From assembly GCF_006345805.1 (NCBI RefSeq), contig NC_043003.1, positions 81,406,001-81,470,000 on the forward strand: a stretch of 64,000 bases of DNA. Direction: 5' to 3'. The notes beneath the pieces are model-generated. The model searched no databases, was not told the DNA's origin, and worked only from the letters and a program-made list of their open reading frames with translations. Both the position numbers and the translations under genes were made by a program. This DNA comes from Octopus sinensis (lineage: Eukaryota). Positions 13,234 to 27,381 of this stretch are shown here, in pieces (position 1 is the first letter of the stretch; each line of letters begins with the position of its first letter).

Positions 13234-13513
13234 CAGTGGTTCCCAAAGTGGGCAGTGCCAAACCACTGGGGGTGGTAGAAAGATCCAGCAGGGTTCATTG
13301 AAGAAATCAGGGGTGATTATATGGTGGCCAAAAGTAGATGATGGATGTATAAAGCACTAAATAATTAGATTAAGTTGTATTTGTGAAATACAAATTGTGT
13401 TTGAATTTGCTTCAGAGGGTGGTCTCTGTTTGAGATGATGAGTAGGAAGGGAGACTAAGGTTGTGGGCTAGGTGCCATGGGGAAGGTATACCAAAAACGT
13501 TTGGGGACCACTG
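13234..13513. mobile_element. hAT (Charlie-like) MITE, 280 bp
   Basis: TIRs CAGTGGTTCCCAAA and TTTGGGGACCACTG; 8-bp TSD ctatattg (13226-33) / ttatattg (13514-21). Confidence 0.85.
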
Positions 13514-13869
13514 TTATATTGTATATCCAGTAGCCAACTACTTACTGGCAGACTTCAATTACTTTGAAAAATCAGCTACCTATTGTAAAATAATGCTAAA
13601 CTTCTGGCACAGATCCATTGTATAAATGGTAAGAACTGAGTCACTTACATCTAAAGTGCTGGATTTTCAAAATTTTTTCCACAGCAAGTGTTTAAGAATT
13701 CTGTAAACAATCTGTAGATTTGCATCTAGAGGCAAAAGAAATGTCCATGCTCTTTTACTACTTTCAATACTTCCAAAAGCTATGAGATTTTCTTCAAAGC
13801 ATTTTAGTATTTCAAAAGAGAGTTCTCTGCATATTATTCAGTATGGGAGTAGAAATGGCTCTGTGGTAA

Positions 13870-14345
13870 GTATAGGTATAGGAATGGCTCTGCGGTAAGT
13901 AGCTTGCTTACGAACCACATACTTCCGGGTTCAGTCCCACTGTGTGGCACCTTGGGCAAGTGTGTTCTACTATAGCCTCGGGCTGACCAAAGCCTTATGA
14001 GTGAGTTTGGTGGATGGAAACTGAAAGAAGCTCATCATATATATGTATATATATCTGTGTATGTGTGTGTATATGTTTGCATGTCTGTATTTTTACCCCC
14101 ACCAGCATCACTTGACAACCAATGCTGGTGTGTTTATGTCCCCGTAACTTAGCGGTTTGGCAAAAGAGACCGATAGGATAAGTACTAGGCTTACAAAGAA
14201 CAAGTCCTGGGGTCGATTTGCTTGACTAAAGATAGTGCTCCAGCATGGCCACAATCAAATGACTGAAACAAGTAAAAGAGTAAAAGAGCATCTCAGCTTC
14301 TACAGATGTGTTATTATTCTTAGCTATCACACACACACACACATA

Positions 14346-14382
<37 letters not shown>

Positions 14383-14767
14383 CATATAGGCGCAGGAGTG
14401 GCTGTGTGGTAAGTAGCTTGCTTACCAACCACATGGTTCCGGGTTCAGTCCCACTGCGTGGCATCTTGGGCAAGTGTCTTCTACTATAGCCTCAGGCCAA
14501 CCAAAGCCTTGTGAGTGGATTTGGTAGATGTATGTATATATATATGTGTGTGTGTATGTCTGTGTGTCTGTGTTTGTCCCCCTAGCATTGCTTGACAACC
14601 GATGCTGGTGTGTTTACGTCCCCGTCACTTAGCGGTTCGGCAAAGAGACCAATAGAATAAGTACTGGGCTTACAAAGAATAAGTCCTGGGGTCAATTTGC
14701 TCGACTAAAGGCGGTGCTCCAACATTGCCGCAGTCAAATGACTGAAACAAGTAAAAGAGTAAGAGTA
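13870..14767 (+). mobile_element. Two tandem SINE family A copies (13870-14288 and 14388-14767)
   Basis: A box tggctgtgtgg, B box ggttcagtcc, cttgggcaagtg body and gtaaaagagt tail; the first copy has a duplicated 5' end. Confidence 0.85.
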
Positions 14768-14796
14768 ATGAGGATATACATACATATATATGTGTA

Positions 14797-14930
14797 CAGT
14801 AGTACCTCTGTTTTCAAACAACTTTGATCGCGAATAAATTGTGCTTTATCTCCTGCCTTTTTCATATTCGTTTAATACAGTTGTACCTCAGTTTTTACGA
14901 ATGCCTCTGACTACGAATAAACCATGCCTT
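14797..14930 (+). mobile_element. Two same-orientation Tigger/pogo-like termini
   Basis: TA-CAGTAGTACCTC at 14797 and TA-CAGTTGTACCTC at 14878, each followed about 35 nt later by cgaataaa. Confidence 0.45.
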
Positions 14931-16347
14931 ATATATATCTATACCTATCTATATATAAAGCATGATTTATTCATGATTAGTGTTGTTTGAAAACTGAGAT
15001 ACTACTGTATATATAATATATATTGTATTAGATCTATATTCATATATACAAATATGATCATATATATATAAAAATTCTTTTATTTTTTTTGCTTGTTTCG
15101 GCCATTTGACTGCAGCCATGTGATTGTGTGTAATGTATGTATGCATGTACATATATGTACATTTCCATATCTATCTAGCTATCTATATTCATATTTTTTT
15201 ATTCTTTTTCTTGTTCCAGTCATTTGACTGCAGCCATGTATGTGTGTGTGTGGGTGTGTGCATATAAATATATATACACACACACACACACACAAACACA
15301 CATATGCTTTTAACTCACCACATATCAAGAATAAAGGAAATAATTTTGGTCTTTCTGGACCTGCCAAAATAAAAGTAAACATTTGTTAAATTCTTCAGTC
15401 AATTCCCTCTCTTGGATATGTTTTTAAAAAGAAAAAACACACAAAAACAGCTGCAACATATCCGCTTCAATAATTCCGGCAAACATCCACCATTCAACGT
15501 TTGTTTGAACGATGAAGAAATATAAAATGTATTAAACAAAAAGAAAATTTAGTTGTTTGCTTACAGTCTAGATTGAAAATTTATCAGCAAAAAACTTACT
15601 ATGGTAGTTTTGAATTCCTCCCACTCTTTACTATTTAGATATTTTAGGATTCCATTTATTCAAGAAACTTCAGAAAACTTCTTGACTGGTCAACTAACTT
15701 TCTTATTGCTTCCAGACACTAATTGACATGAGGATTTGTCATGTTTACCCAGAATTTTTGGTTAAAAACTCAGTTGACACTGCTTGCAGCGTTTTTCCCT
15801 TTTTTCATATTCTGGCAGACAAATATGTTTTGTTTTTATTCTGGTACTAAATATATGTAACATGATTTGTAAAGGACAATCATAGATTGGTTGAACAGTA
15901 ACACAACAAAAACTAATGACCCAGCTTTTCGTATATAGCAACATTGCTAATTATGATATTTTTCCTATAATGCTAAAATTCAAACGTCTTTATACCATTA
16001 CACAAGTATTTTAAGTTGCTTATATATTTCTTGAAATGATTTTGTCTTACTTTTAAAAAGGAGGCAAAAGTGCTTAGAAGACTGTCATTTGATCAAAGGA
16101 TAATAAGTCCTATAATTACAAGTGGCATCGTGTAAATCTCATACTTCATGACTTTGGTTATTCAATAGAAACCATCAAAAAACACAAATTCTTGCTGTTA
16201 GAAAACATAATTCGGCAATAAGAGATCATAAATTTATTTCTCGTATGTATTAGGTCAGAGAGTTGGTCAGAAACCATTTCTTCAAACAGATTTAGTTTCA
16301 CTTTCATGGAATCATCCGGAACCTATATTTAACACACAAACACAAAC

Positions 16348-16378
<31 letters not shown>

Positions 16379-17354
16379 ATTCACAAAAATGTGCATATAT
16401 ATACACACAGATGCATACATACATTCATACATACATTCATACATACATACATACATAGAAACGCATACACATAAAGTACAATTGTGATTTCTTTCTTTTT
16501 ATTTCCATCAATAGTTAAATGTATCAAAGATTTTCATCGTACTCCTATGACCCGGTCATAAATAGTCTACTTGAAACTGTAAAATAATGTTAGCAAATAT
16601 ATTCTTCTCTCTCTAGCTGAAGTTAGACATTTATTACCGTTCTATCGTATTATATGTACGGAGCATTGTAGAGTAGTGTTAAGTGCCCAGAAAGCCAAGT
16701 TTGTAATTCCTCTACAAATCCTGACTGAACCATTTAAACTTTACTTACTCATTCTTATTCATTCTGTTATTTTACCTACAAGATTTTATCAATAATCAAT
16801 AAACTCCAAATGGATGGGCATAGCCAGATTGAGTTGGTTCTTGATGCACTACATAAACATTGTGATCCAGTGACACCATGTGAGAGCTACATGACATTCT
16901 TATTCAATATATTATTTATTTATTGTCAGTAGATATATTATATCGACAAATGCATTTGGGCTGATAAGAAGTAAAGGAGTTAAAATTAAAGTACAGATAT
17001 AAATATGAATAGACCAAGTGAGACCAAGGTAAATTGCAATTTGACAATGCCAGTATATTCCTTAGAGTCTAATAATAGCAATATATTTTATGCTTAGAAA
17101 CAAAATTGAAATAGATTGAATGTAATTTATTCAAGATATTTCTTTAAAGCAAAGCAATATGTTTTAGCTTTAATGAAATGGATTTTAGTTAGTCATATAA
17201 TTTTCTTTAGGGGCTCATGCATACCTTCATCTTATTACCTACATATGCATCTATCCATATTCATATTTGCATCTATATACCTACTGAACATATGCTTGTA
17301 TGCATACACCTCAAGCATACATAAAAGCATATATATGTATATATATATATGTGC

Positions 17355-17396
<42 letters not shown>

Positions 17397-18142
17397 ATAT
17401 ATCTGACTTTATGTGTGCTATTCTAATCTCCTCTTTAAATTTAATTTCCCATCACCACTTCTATCAAAGAGAACAATACTTAAACTGAAAGCAGGTCTCC
17501 AAATTTTATAGTTTGAATATGCCTTGTATGTGGTGAAACTTCGAAGATATTGCCAATAAAATTCACTCTTCAGCAGTTTTTTCATGTGATGCACATGATA
17601 TAGGTAGGTATTAACAGAAATATATGCACAAACATGCACAGGTACACACACACACATACACACACACAACAGACTATGTACAGTTTCTGTCTACAATCAA
17701 TGTTACACACGAGACATTGGTCAACCTAGAACTACAATAGAAAGCACTTGCTCAAGATGCTGAGTTGTGAAACAGAACCTGAAACAATGTGATTCACAAA
17801 CAAACCTAATCACCACACATATATACATACATACACAGACACACATGTGCACATAAATGTGTGTGTATGTATGTGTGTGTGCATGCATGTGTAAAATGAT
17901 TGCAAATTTGATTTCATATATAACCACTTTCTCATTGCAAGCAGCTACCTGAAATAAGTTTCAGAGCTTTTATACAATAGACCCAAACATAACTAACTAG
18001 CCCTGACTTGGTCACAATTGTTGCTCATAACTTGGTCAAAAATCACACCTTTGTGCATTCACCCAACATAGATTATCAGCTCAGCTCTCTGGACATAAGG
18101 GACATCAGTCCCCATCAGGGCTGTTGGAGCTGTGTGTATGTA

Positions 18143-18178
<36 letters not shown>

Positions 18179-18207
18179 CATACAGAGAGAGAGAGAGAGA
18201 GAGAGAT

Positions 18208-19172
18208 ATGTGTGTGTGTGTGTTTGTGTGTGTAAGTATATATAAGCAACCCTTTTGGTCACTCAATTAGCCTTTCATGGATGACTTCTGAAGCTTTTGA
18301 AAATGTGATATGATCATAGAATATGCTGGGAAGATCATTTCTAGGCCCTAAATCATGCAAAACTTCAACAACATATAGTTTTCAGACATTACACCATTAC
18401 TATTTGATGAGCAATTTGAATTCTTTCAAACCAAGCCAATTCTTCTTTGTTATAAACCGTGATTCAGTTCTGTTCAGTAAAAGATGTACTCAATGAATAA
18501 TAGTGGTGTTTAAGGACTTCAAATTGTTTCTTTATGATGTCAGGAAATAACGAATTCTCTTTTATAGTTTGTACTGACAATGCTTTACAAAAACTAATAC
18601 CTCATAAAGCAATATATGTCTGCACTGATGTGCATGCACGTGAATGTGGGTCTGTGTGTGCATTGTGTGTGCCTGTATGTGTGTGTGTGTGTGTGTGTTT
18701 GTGTGTGTAAGTATATATAAGCAACCCTTTTGGTCACTCAATTAGCCTTTCATGGATGACTTCTGAAGCTTTTGAAAATGTGATATGATCATAGAATATG
18801 CTGGGAAGATCATTTCTAGGCCCTAAATCATGCAAAACTTCAACAACATATAGTTTTCAGACATTACACCATTACTATTTGATGAGCAATTTGAATTCTT
18901 TCAAACCAAGCCAATTCTTCTTTGTTATAAACCGTGATTCAGTTCTGTTCAGTAAAAGATGTACTCAATGAATAATAGTGGTGTTTAAGGACTTCAAATT
19001 GTTTCTTTATGATGTCAGGAAATAACGAATTCTCTTTTATAGTTTGTACTGACAATGCTTTACAAAAACTAATACCTCATAAAGCAATATATGTCTGCAC
19101 TGATGTGCATGCACGTGAATGTGGGTCTGTGTGTGCATTGTGTGTGCCTGTATGTGTGTGTGTGTGTGTGTG
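18208..19172. repeat. Tandem duplication with 475-bp period, bounded by (TG)n
   Basis: gcaacccttttgg at 18246 and 18721; gcctgtatg at 18671 and 19146; the copies look identical. Confidence 0.95.
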
Positions 19173-19963
19173 TATGCATGTATATAAGTATATGTTGAAA
19201 GAAAGACTGTTTTACTGCACACACAATCATACATGCACACATATGCACAAATTCCTTTTATGATTGTATCCATCTATCTACACACACACACACACATATA
19301 TATACATACATGTGTGCATATGTACATATGTGTGTGTGTGTGCATGTGCGAGTGTATACATGTGTATATATATATTCATGTTTGTAGATGTATATATGAG
19401 TATATATACATGTGAATATATATATATGTGTATGTGTGTGTGTATATATATATCTATGGATATTTTTATAATATATATATATATTACTAAATTATATTAT
19501 ATATATATATATATATTTATATGTATGTATATTTTTATAATATACATATATTTTATTAAATTATATTACATTATATTATATTACATAGATATATTATATT
19601 ATATTGTATTATTACATTATATTATATTACATAGATATATTATATTATATTGTATTATATTACATTTATATGTGCATGTATGAACATACATTAAAAGTGT
19701 TAAAATACAAATCTGAATATATGTAGTTCTACATATTTTTCCTGTATGCGCTCTCACACGTATAGCATAGATATGCACTCTATTGCATATAAGTTTAATA
19801 GATTTAAATTGTAGTTTTTCTTAATGCACAAAATATATATTTATAGTAAAGATGGCATATTCATGTGTAAGATATTTTACAAAGAACAGAAACAGTTTGG
19901 GAAAGATGTTTCAATATATTACAGACCCTAAGCAACGCTAATTTCTTTTCGTTTTCTATTCTT

Positions 19964-20375
<412 letters not shown>

Positions 20376-21019
20376 AAGGAAAATATTCTATTTTACAAAT
20401 AATAAATATTTTATGCAAGGAATTCTGAAGTATTATAGATTGCGATATTTTATAGCCATTGTATGTTCTGGGGGAGATTTTTGTATTTGAGGAATTATTA
20501 TGGAACACATTAGGTGAAGTGAACTCTACTCTAAATGTAAATGAAGAATCATAGAAAATGTTTTAGAATATAAATGTAATATTTTAGTTATAAGACAGCA
20601 GAGTGTGATTTGAGAGAGATGAGGTTTTTACTGCTATTTTGAGCAAGTTCAATGACCAGATAGAGGCATTTTTATTGCTTTTGTATCATCTTGGTGGTTG
20701 TGGTCGTTATCTAGCCAAAGGCAACTCTGATGTAGCAGTCCTTTGATCAAAGAGGTTCCAGTCATGACCATCCCATCTGTTCAACAGTAAATAGCACTAC
20801 ACTACTGAACATGTTCTTCCTGTATTTAAGACAATAGATGTTTTGAGAGAGATTTGGCAGCTACATTTAGCAGGTTGAAAGATTTAGGTAGCAGCTCCCT
20901 TATAGTATTATCTAGATTATACAGTTATATAGAGCATGTATATGTATGTGAATGTGTGGGTATATGTAAATATTTGCTCACTGTATTATTTATTTTTTTG
21001 TCCTTCCTTATATTATTAG

Positions 21020-21510
21020 TATGTTACATGTTTTTATAAATCATATATCGTATATTAGTGCTTTTGTCCACTCTAGTGAAGTTCTCAAATTGAACTTTTG
21101 CGGGAATTTTGTCTCTTTTAATAGTATTATTGAGTATGTAGGCGTGCAGAGAGATATAAGATAGTACAAGAGGGTGAGGAATGGGGAGAAAGTGAGAGAG
21201 AGTGTGTTGCAGCTGGTCAGTCTTTCAATAGTAAATGATTCAGCTGCAAAGATATCAACAATTTTTTCTTCTTTCTCTCCTTCTTCTTCCTTTCCTTCTC
21301 TTTTTTTTTAACACTACTTTCAGATACAAACACACACATACACACACACACGCAAGCTCTCTCTCACATTCTCCCCACCTTCTTGTACTATCTTATATTT
21401 CTCTCCACCCCTACACACTCAATAATACTACAAAAAGAGACAAAAAAAAATTCCTGCAAAAGCTCAATTTGACAACTCCACTAGAGTGGACGAAAGCGCT
21501 AATATATAGT
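21020..21510. mobile_element. Penelope-like family P2, head-to-head inverted pair
   Basis: About 21050-21205 is the reverse complement of about 21355-21510; homologous to 23515-24030 and 51672-51818. Confidence 0.7.
21465..21506 (+). ncRNA. Hammerhead-like motif with U3:A8 core
   Basis: caat-TTGACAA-c-TCCAC-taga-GTGGA-c-GAA-AGCGCT-A-atata; stem I is weak (about 2 bp). Confidence 0.4.
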
Positions 21511-23287
21511 AGTGGAGGACTCCCAAAAGAATCTTTCAATGAGTCTTGCATTGACTTTGATGGTCAAACAGTAAAAGTAAATTTTATGTTTTTAAGTTAA
21601 CACCTCCAAATCTTGTCAATATCCCAACTAGCTGAAGCAGGTAACTTCCTGTCTCTAATTGTATAGAAACAAAAGCAGAGATATATTTTAATGCAGTGTG
21701 AGTAGAAATGAAGAGAAAAAATGTTGGTTCCCAAGGCAATGTCATTAATATTTGATGGTTTTGAGCTCAACACTAATTTTCCTTGACCATAATATAGCTA
21801 TCTGGAAGTAGGTAACAGCATGACACAATGCCAAGCTAATTAATACTAAGGAAAGTCATCAAGTTGTAAAAAACTTTAATTATTCCATTAATCTAGAGGT
21901 GATATATTTTATAGCTACTTAATATATACCACTAAAAAAAAAAGATAATTTTCAAAAATTACTGTAAGTGTGTCTTAAATATTTAGAACTCAATTCTCTT
22001 ATTCTGAAATAAAGTTTATTGTTTTGGAAATTATTTTTCTCTTATTTAATAGATAATTGTTTATGGCTTCTAAATGTGTCTGTAATTTTCTTTCTCCCTG
22101 TAGATTTTCCCTACAAAAACAAAAATCTAAAACAATATATATTCTTATAATTGCTGGAATTACATTATTTACCACCTTACTACCAATAACTTATATTCTC
22201 TTAGATTTGCCTCAATAAAACTATTATTAAACTAAATAGAAATAATTCTATTTTATAGTTATTCAGATTCTAAGAGGAAATTAAGAAAATGGACATTACA
22301 TTCATTTACAAATATATATTTCATTAAAAGATATTTTAATTATTTTTTTTTCTTCTTCAAATTAAAATGAAAAATAAACAACAAAACAAACAACAACAAC
22401 AACAACAACAAATACAAAACAAAGTATTTCAAACATCAATAGTATTAGAAGTCACTCAAATAGTTTTGATGTAAAAATCTTAGTATACACACCCACCACC
22501 ACCACCAACACCACTACCACCCTACTACTTTCTCTTAAAAATCCATTTATTTGTATATCTTGTTTAAGTGTTTTGCAAGTGAGGGCAGATTCCACCCACT
22601 TTGTGAACAACCACCACAATCACCACCACCACCACCACTACCGCCACTGCCGCCACCATCATCACCACTACCACCACCACCACCACAGTATCTCAGTTCT
22701 GTTGTTTTTTGTATTGCAGCTCACTTAATTTCCTGAAAGTGAGCACTGAATTGTAACAATTTCTTTTGTCACAACAATTCAATGAGTTTTTACCTCTCTT
22801 ATTCTTTAGATCATTTCTTTTGAGTTTTATGACTTTTTGTTCTTAATTTCATTTGATTTGCTTATTTTATTTTTTATTTTTATTTTCTTCCTTTTTGTAT
22901 TTTTTGTTTTTTTTTTGCTCTATGTATATGTATTTTAGTCAAGGAAGATGTTCACAGAGTCAGCCAAGAATATTCATTAGTTATACTTTTTGGTTACAAA
23001 ATGCATGCAAAAGAGGGAGGGAGATAATGAGAAGGAAAATTGCTTGAATGATAGGCAGGCCAAAAGTGTTGAAGAAAATAGATGAAACGCAGATTATATG
23101 CTGAGTAAATTATACAAACAAAGTTAAGAGAGAGCAATTTCTATGGTAGAATTGGGAGTTAGTGAGGAAAAACAACAGAGTTACGTATGAAAATGATCTT
23201 AGTTTACATACTATTTGTAGATGTATTGGAATAGAAACATCTCTGAAGACAAATTAACAAAAAACCTAGAAATATATACATACAGTC

Positions 23288-23450
23288 ACAGGAGTGGCTG
23301 AGTGGTAAGAAGCTTGCTTCCCAACCACATGGTTCCAGGTTCAGTCCCACTGCATGGCACTTTGGGTAAGTGTCTTCTACTTTAGACTCGGATCAACCAA
23401 AGCCTTGTGAGTGGATTTGGTAGATGGAAACTCAAAGAAGCCCATTGTAT
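23288..23450 (+). mobile_element. SINE family A, 5' half
   Basis: caggagtggctgagtggtaag..ggttcagtcccactg; ends at the internal microsatellite. Confidence 0.8.
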
Positions 23451-23514
23451 ATATATATTATTTAAAAGAAGAAATATAACAAAATATAACAAAAAATATT
23501 ATATATATATATAT

Positions 23515-23794
23515 ATTAGAACGTTTGGAGATGATGTACAGGTATTATATATTAGAAGAAATGAGGTACTCAGAAATCTGGATGGTTTTATATTTACAGA
23601 TATCTATTAACATGTTACATGTTTTTATAAATCATATATCATATATTAATGCTTTCGTCCACCCTAGTGGAGTTTTCAAATTGAACTTTCACAGGAATTT
23701 TGTTTCTTTTTATAGTATTATTGAGTATGTAGTGGTGGGGGGAGATATAAGATAGTACAAGAGGGTGAGGTATGGGGAGAATGTGAGAGAGAGC

Positions 23795-23835
<41 letters not shown>

Positions 23836-24030
23836 TATCTGAAAGTGGTGTAAAAGAAAAAGAGAAGGAAAGAAAGAAGAAAAAATTTGTTGATATCTTT
23901 GCAGCTGGTCAGTCTTTCAATAGTAAGTGATTCTTGGCTTTTTAGAAATGGCAATCCCAGCTGGTCACTCCAAGGGGGGCACAATGTCACTGCAAACAAT
24001 TGTCTGGATTTCCTTTTTATCATTGTCTTG
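23515..24030 (-). mobile_element. Penelope-like family P2 copy
   Basis: Homologous to 21020-21510; minus strand TTGAAAA-ctccactagggtggac-GAAAG; 3' end at (TA)n. Confidence 0.6.
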
Positions 24031-24723
24031 GGAGAGAGAAAGAGAGAGAGTATGTGTGTGTGAAGGAGTTATCTAGCTGAATACATATTTTAGGGTTTAG
24101 AGCTGTGTCCACAGATTAACCAAGTGCTTTCTGTAATAGTCTTGAACAGAGCAATGACTTGTGAGTAAATCTGATTTATGTAAACTGTATTAAAACCATG
24201 TATTTATGTATTTATATATATATTATGCAATAACCTGTTAAAGGCAGAAACGTCTTCACAACACTTTACTATGTGTCACTCGAAGAAATGGCAATAACTG
24301 GAATAACAGATTTTTAAATATATAAACTAGATGGCTGTCAAATGCATTGGAATATATTTAAGCTGTGAGCATACAAGCCACAAAAGAATTCAGAAATCTG
24401 CCAAAATAGATGAATGACATTACTTAGTGACCAATAATAATTTCACCTGGGATTATACAGGTAGAAATACCAGCAAGCCTTATTCTAAGTAAAATCTAAA
24501 ATCTTGAGCTAGGGTACAGATATATGGAAGTTTGCTAGAGCATTTGATGTGTAAGTTTTGGTTTAGCATTACATATATATTTGAAGTTGTACAGTAAGTA
24601 AAAATTAAAACTAGATTATTAGTCAGAGAAGCAATCTATATGATATATATATATATATATATATATAAATATATGTACATGTGTATATATGTATAGGTGT
24701 ATATCTATCTAGCTATCTATATA

Positions 24724-24765
<42 letters not shown>

Positions 24766-24973
24766 TGTATGTATGTATGTATATATATGCATGTATGTAT
24801 GTATATATATATGCATGTATGTATATATATGCATGTATCTATATGTATGTAATGTATATATATGTATTTATGCATATATATATGTATGTATGTATATATA
24901 TATATATATACATCTAAATATATATGAATATATGATTGTATATATCTAACTATCTATCTATCTATCTATATAT

Positions 24974-25004
<31 letters not shown>

Positions 25005-25219
25005 TATATACATACATACATACGCACACACATATATATATACACATAAATATAGAGAAAAACATTTGTGTGTGTCTGTGTGTGTACACATACAGAGTGA
25101 GAAAAGGAGAGCATTGGGAGAAAAATGGGTACATAAATAATTAGAAACACACTTATGACAACAGATATGTAGAATAACAGATATGTAGAATAATATATAT
25201 ATATATAGATAGATAGATA

Positions 25220-25533
25220 ATGATATCTGGGTAATAAAGATCTTAGAAATCTTTACTACCAGTGGCCTAGCGTATAGAAAAATTAGTCATTCATATAAAT
25301 ACAGTGCACATCTAAACAAATAAGAGGTTTCCATCAAAGAAATCTCTTACGCTAGAAAGAACAGCTAAAGTCGAAACCACTAATTAGGGATAAATTCTCA
25401 AAGGGAATGAAAAATATTCCCTTCGAGAATTTTTCCCTGATTAGTGGTTTGGTCTTTAGCTGTTCTTTTTAGTGTAAGGGATTCCTATGATGGAAACCTC
25501 TTATGTGTTTAAATGTACACTGTATTTTATATT
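25220..25533. mobile_element. Family Q repeat forming a ~240-bp palindrome
   Basis: Arms at about 25293-25408 and 25417-25532 with an ~8-nt loop; a second copy lies at 46520-46730. Confidence 0.75.
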
Positions 25534-26154
25534 AGATAGATAGATAGATATATTACCAGTTAAGATTAATATATTTGCAAATATATATATATATACACAT
25601 GCATATATACATGTGTATGTATGTGTATATATATATATACATACACTCACACACACACACTCTCTCTCTCTCTCTCGCACATATATATATATAGAAAATA
25701 TACCATTTATCTTAAAGCAATCTCAAAGAGTGTTTTAAGATACATGACACATTTCATAAATATGCCTTCCAAGTATCATAAAAGCATGAAACTATTAATA
25801 GCTCTTTTAGTTTTGTATCTAAATTGATATTTAGCTCTCACTAGATGGAGTATGTTCTTTTTTTAATTCTACCTTTATCGGATCTCTAAACTACATATAT
25901 ATATATATATACTTAAGGCACAGTATATGGATTCAAGTAATCAGGTAGTGCTTATTAAAATGCTTCATAATGTATCATTCTACAAAATATAAAATACATA
26001 GTACTGTATAAGAGAAAATGATAAGGAGTGTATAAAGTCATTAATGACAAATAATTTAATAAAATTTTATCTAACAATATGAAAATTCTAATGTCATGAC
26101 ATATCGTATCGTAACTTAAAACCAAGTAATTAATTTATATTATTGTATTTAATG

Positions 26155-26546
26155 GTGTAGAAGTGGCTGCATGGTAAGTAGCTTGCTTACCAACCACATG
26201 GTTCTAGGTTCAGTCCCACTGCGTGGCACCTTGGGCAAGTGTTTTCTACTGTAGCCTCGGGCCAACCAAAACCTTGTGAGTGGATTTGGTAGACAGAAAC
26301 TGAAAAAGGCCCATCGTATATATGTATGTGTGTGTGTTTGTTTGTGTGTCTGTGTTTGTCCCGCCAACATCGCCTGACAACCGATGCTGGTGTGTTTACA
26401 TCCCCCGTAATTTAGCAGTTTGGCAAAAGAGACCAATAGAATAAGTACTAGGCTTACAAAGAATAAGTCCTGGGGTCAATTTGCTCAATAAAGGCAGTGC
26501 TGAAGCATGGCCACAGTCAAATGACTGAAACAAGTAAAAGAGTAAA
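26155..26546 (+). mobile_element. SINE family A, full-length
   Basis: Matches the family A head, body and tail. Confidence 0.85.
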
Positions 26547-26957
26547 ATCCTTCAAAATAATGCAGAATTTACGCTATGTCTTCGGGTGGAAGAAAGTTTT
26601 TGTTAAATACTAGAATTTTCATATTGTAAAATAAAATTTCATGAAACTACTTCTTTGTTATCTATAACTATAAATATACATGGCTAGCCTTGTGAATTAC
26701 AGGTACCACTAACTTTTGCCAGCTGAGTGGACTGGAGGGGTACAGTGTAACAATATGCTATTGGGTTTTGAACTCCTGATCGTGGACTGAGTACTCTAAC
26801 CTCTAAGCCACACACTAGCAGATACCAGCAGACAGTTGCATAACCTCCTATTGTTACACAAACATACACAGATAATGATATACCATACGCACATACACAC
26901 TCAAACACAGTCACATATTGTTACGTACATATACACACAGTCTATTCATTTCATACA

Positions 26958-27381
26958 TGGTGATGGCCATCCACTCGTGACCAACGAAGACCATTGCCGA
27001 CCTTCAGGAACATTGTGCACTCTAGGACTAACTTATATTTTGCATTTGCAGCTCCGTTGGTGGCTAATGAGCCCTGCTCTTGACAAGCATACACGACTGC
27101 AAACATTGCAGACCAAGCTTTCCCCATTCACTATACAAGCCGTGCGCTTTTGCGCAGCTCGCTTAAGTTCTTCATGCTGGATACATGCTCTCTCAAAAGT
27201 GTCGATCCCCTCCTTAACCTGCTTCAATGGAGGATAGAAGGGTTCCTAAGCAGATGCTCTATAGAGAACTTGTGAATGGAAGGAGACTCTGGCAGAAACC
27301 AAGGCTGCGATTTAAGGACTGTGTCAAGTCCTCGTTAAAGGCCTTTGATATGCAAGACACTGACTGGAAGAACAATGCCTG
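26958..27381 (-). mobile_element. 5'-truncated, 5'-inverted RTE LINE insertion with TSD
   Basis: C-terminal CNVCSRVCLSRAGLISHQRSC on the minus strand; the upstream MEDRRVPKQMLY..RFKDCVK..DW segment on the plus strand; TSD tcatttcataca (26946-57) / tcatttaataca (27382-93). Confidence 0.85.

Noticed and set aside
15590-16325. Possible decayed transposase or exon on the minus strand (LEAIRKLV.., LNSKEWEEF, VPDDSMKVKLNLFEE)
   Set aside because: Only vague resemblance, many stops and no TIRs; needs tblastn.
18250-18450. FSKASEVIHERLIE resembling the RT motif DFSKAFD
   Set aside because: A single weak motif; the flanking motifs are not recoverable.
20610-20900. HDV-like ribozyme reading of GCC-TCTATCT-GGT..TTGCT/AGCAG on the minus strand
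   Set aside because: The copies are too decayed; P1 and P2 pairings cannot be shown.
24228-24262. CTGTTAA-aggca-GAAACGTC as a hammerhead
   Set aside because: No stem II or stem I pairing.
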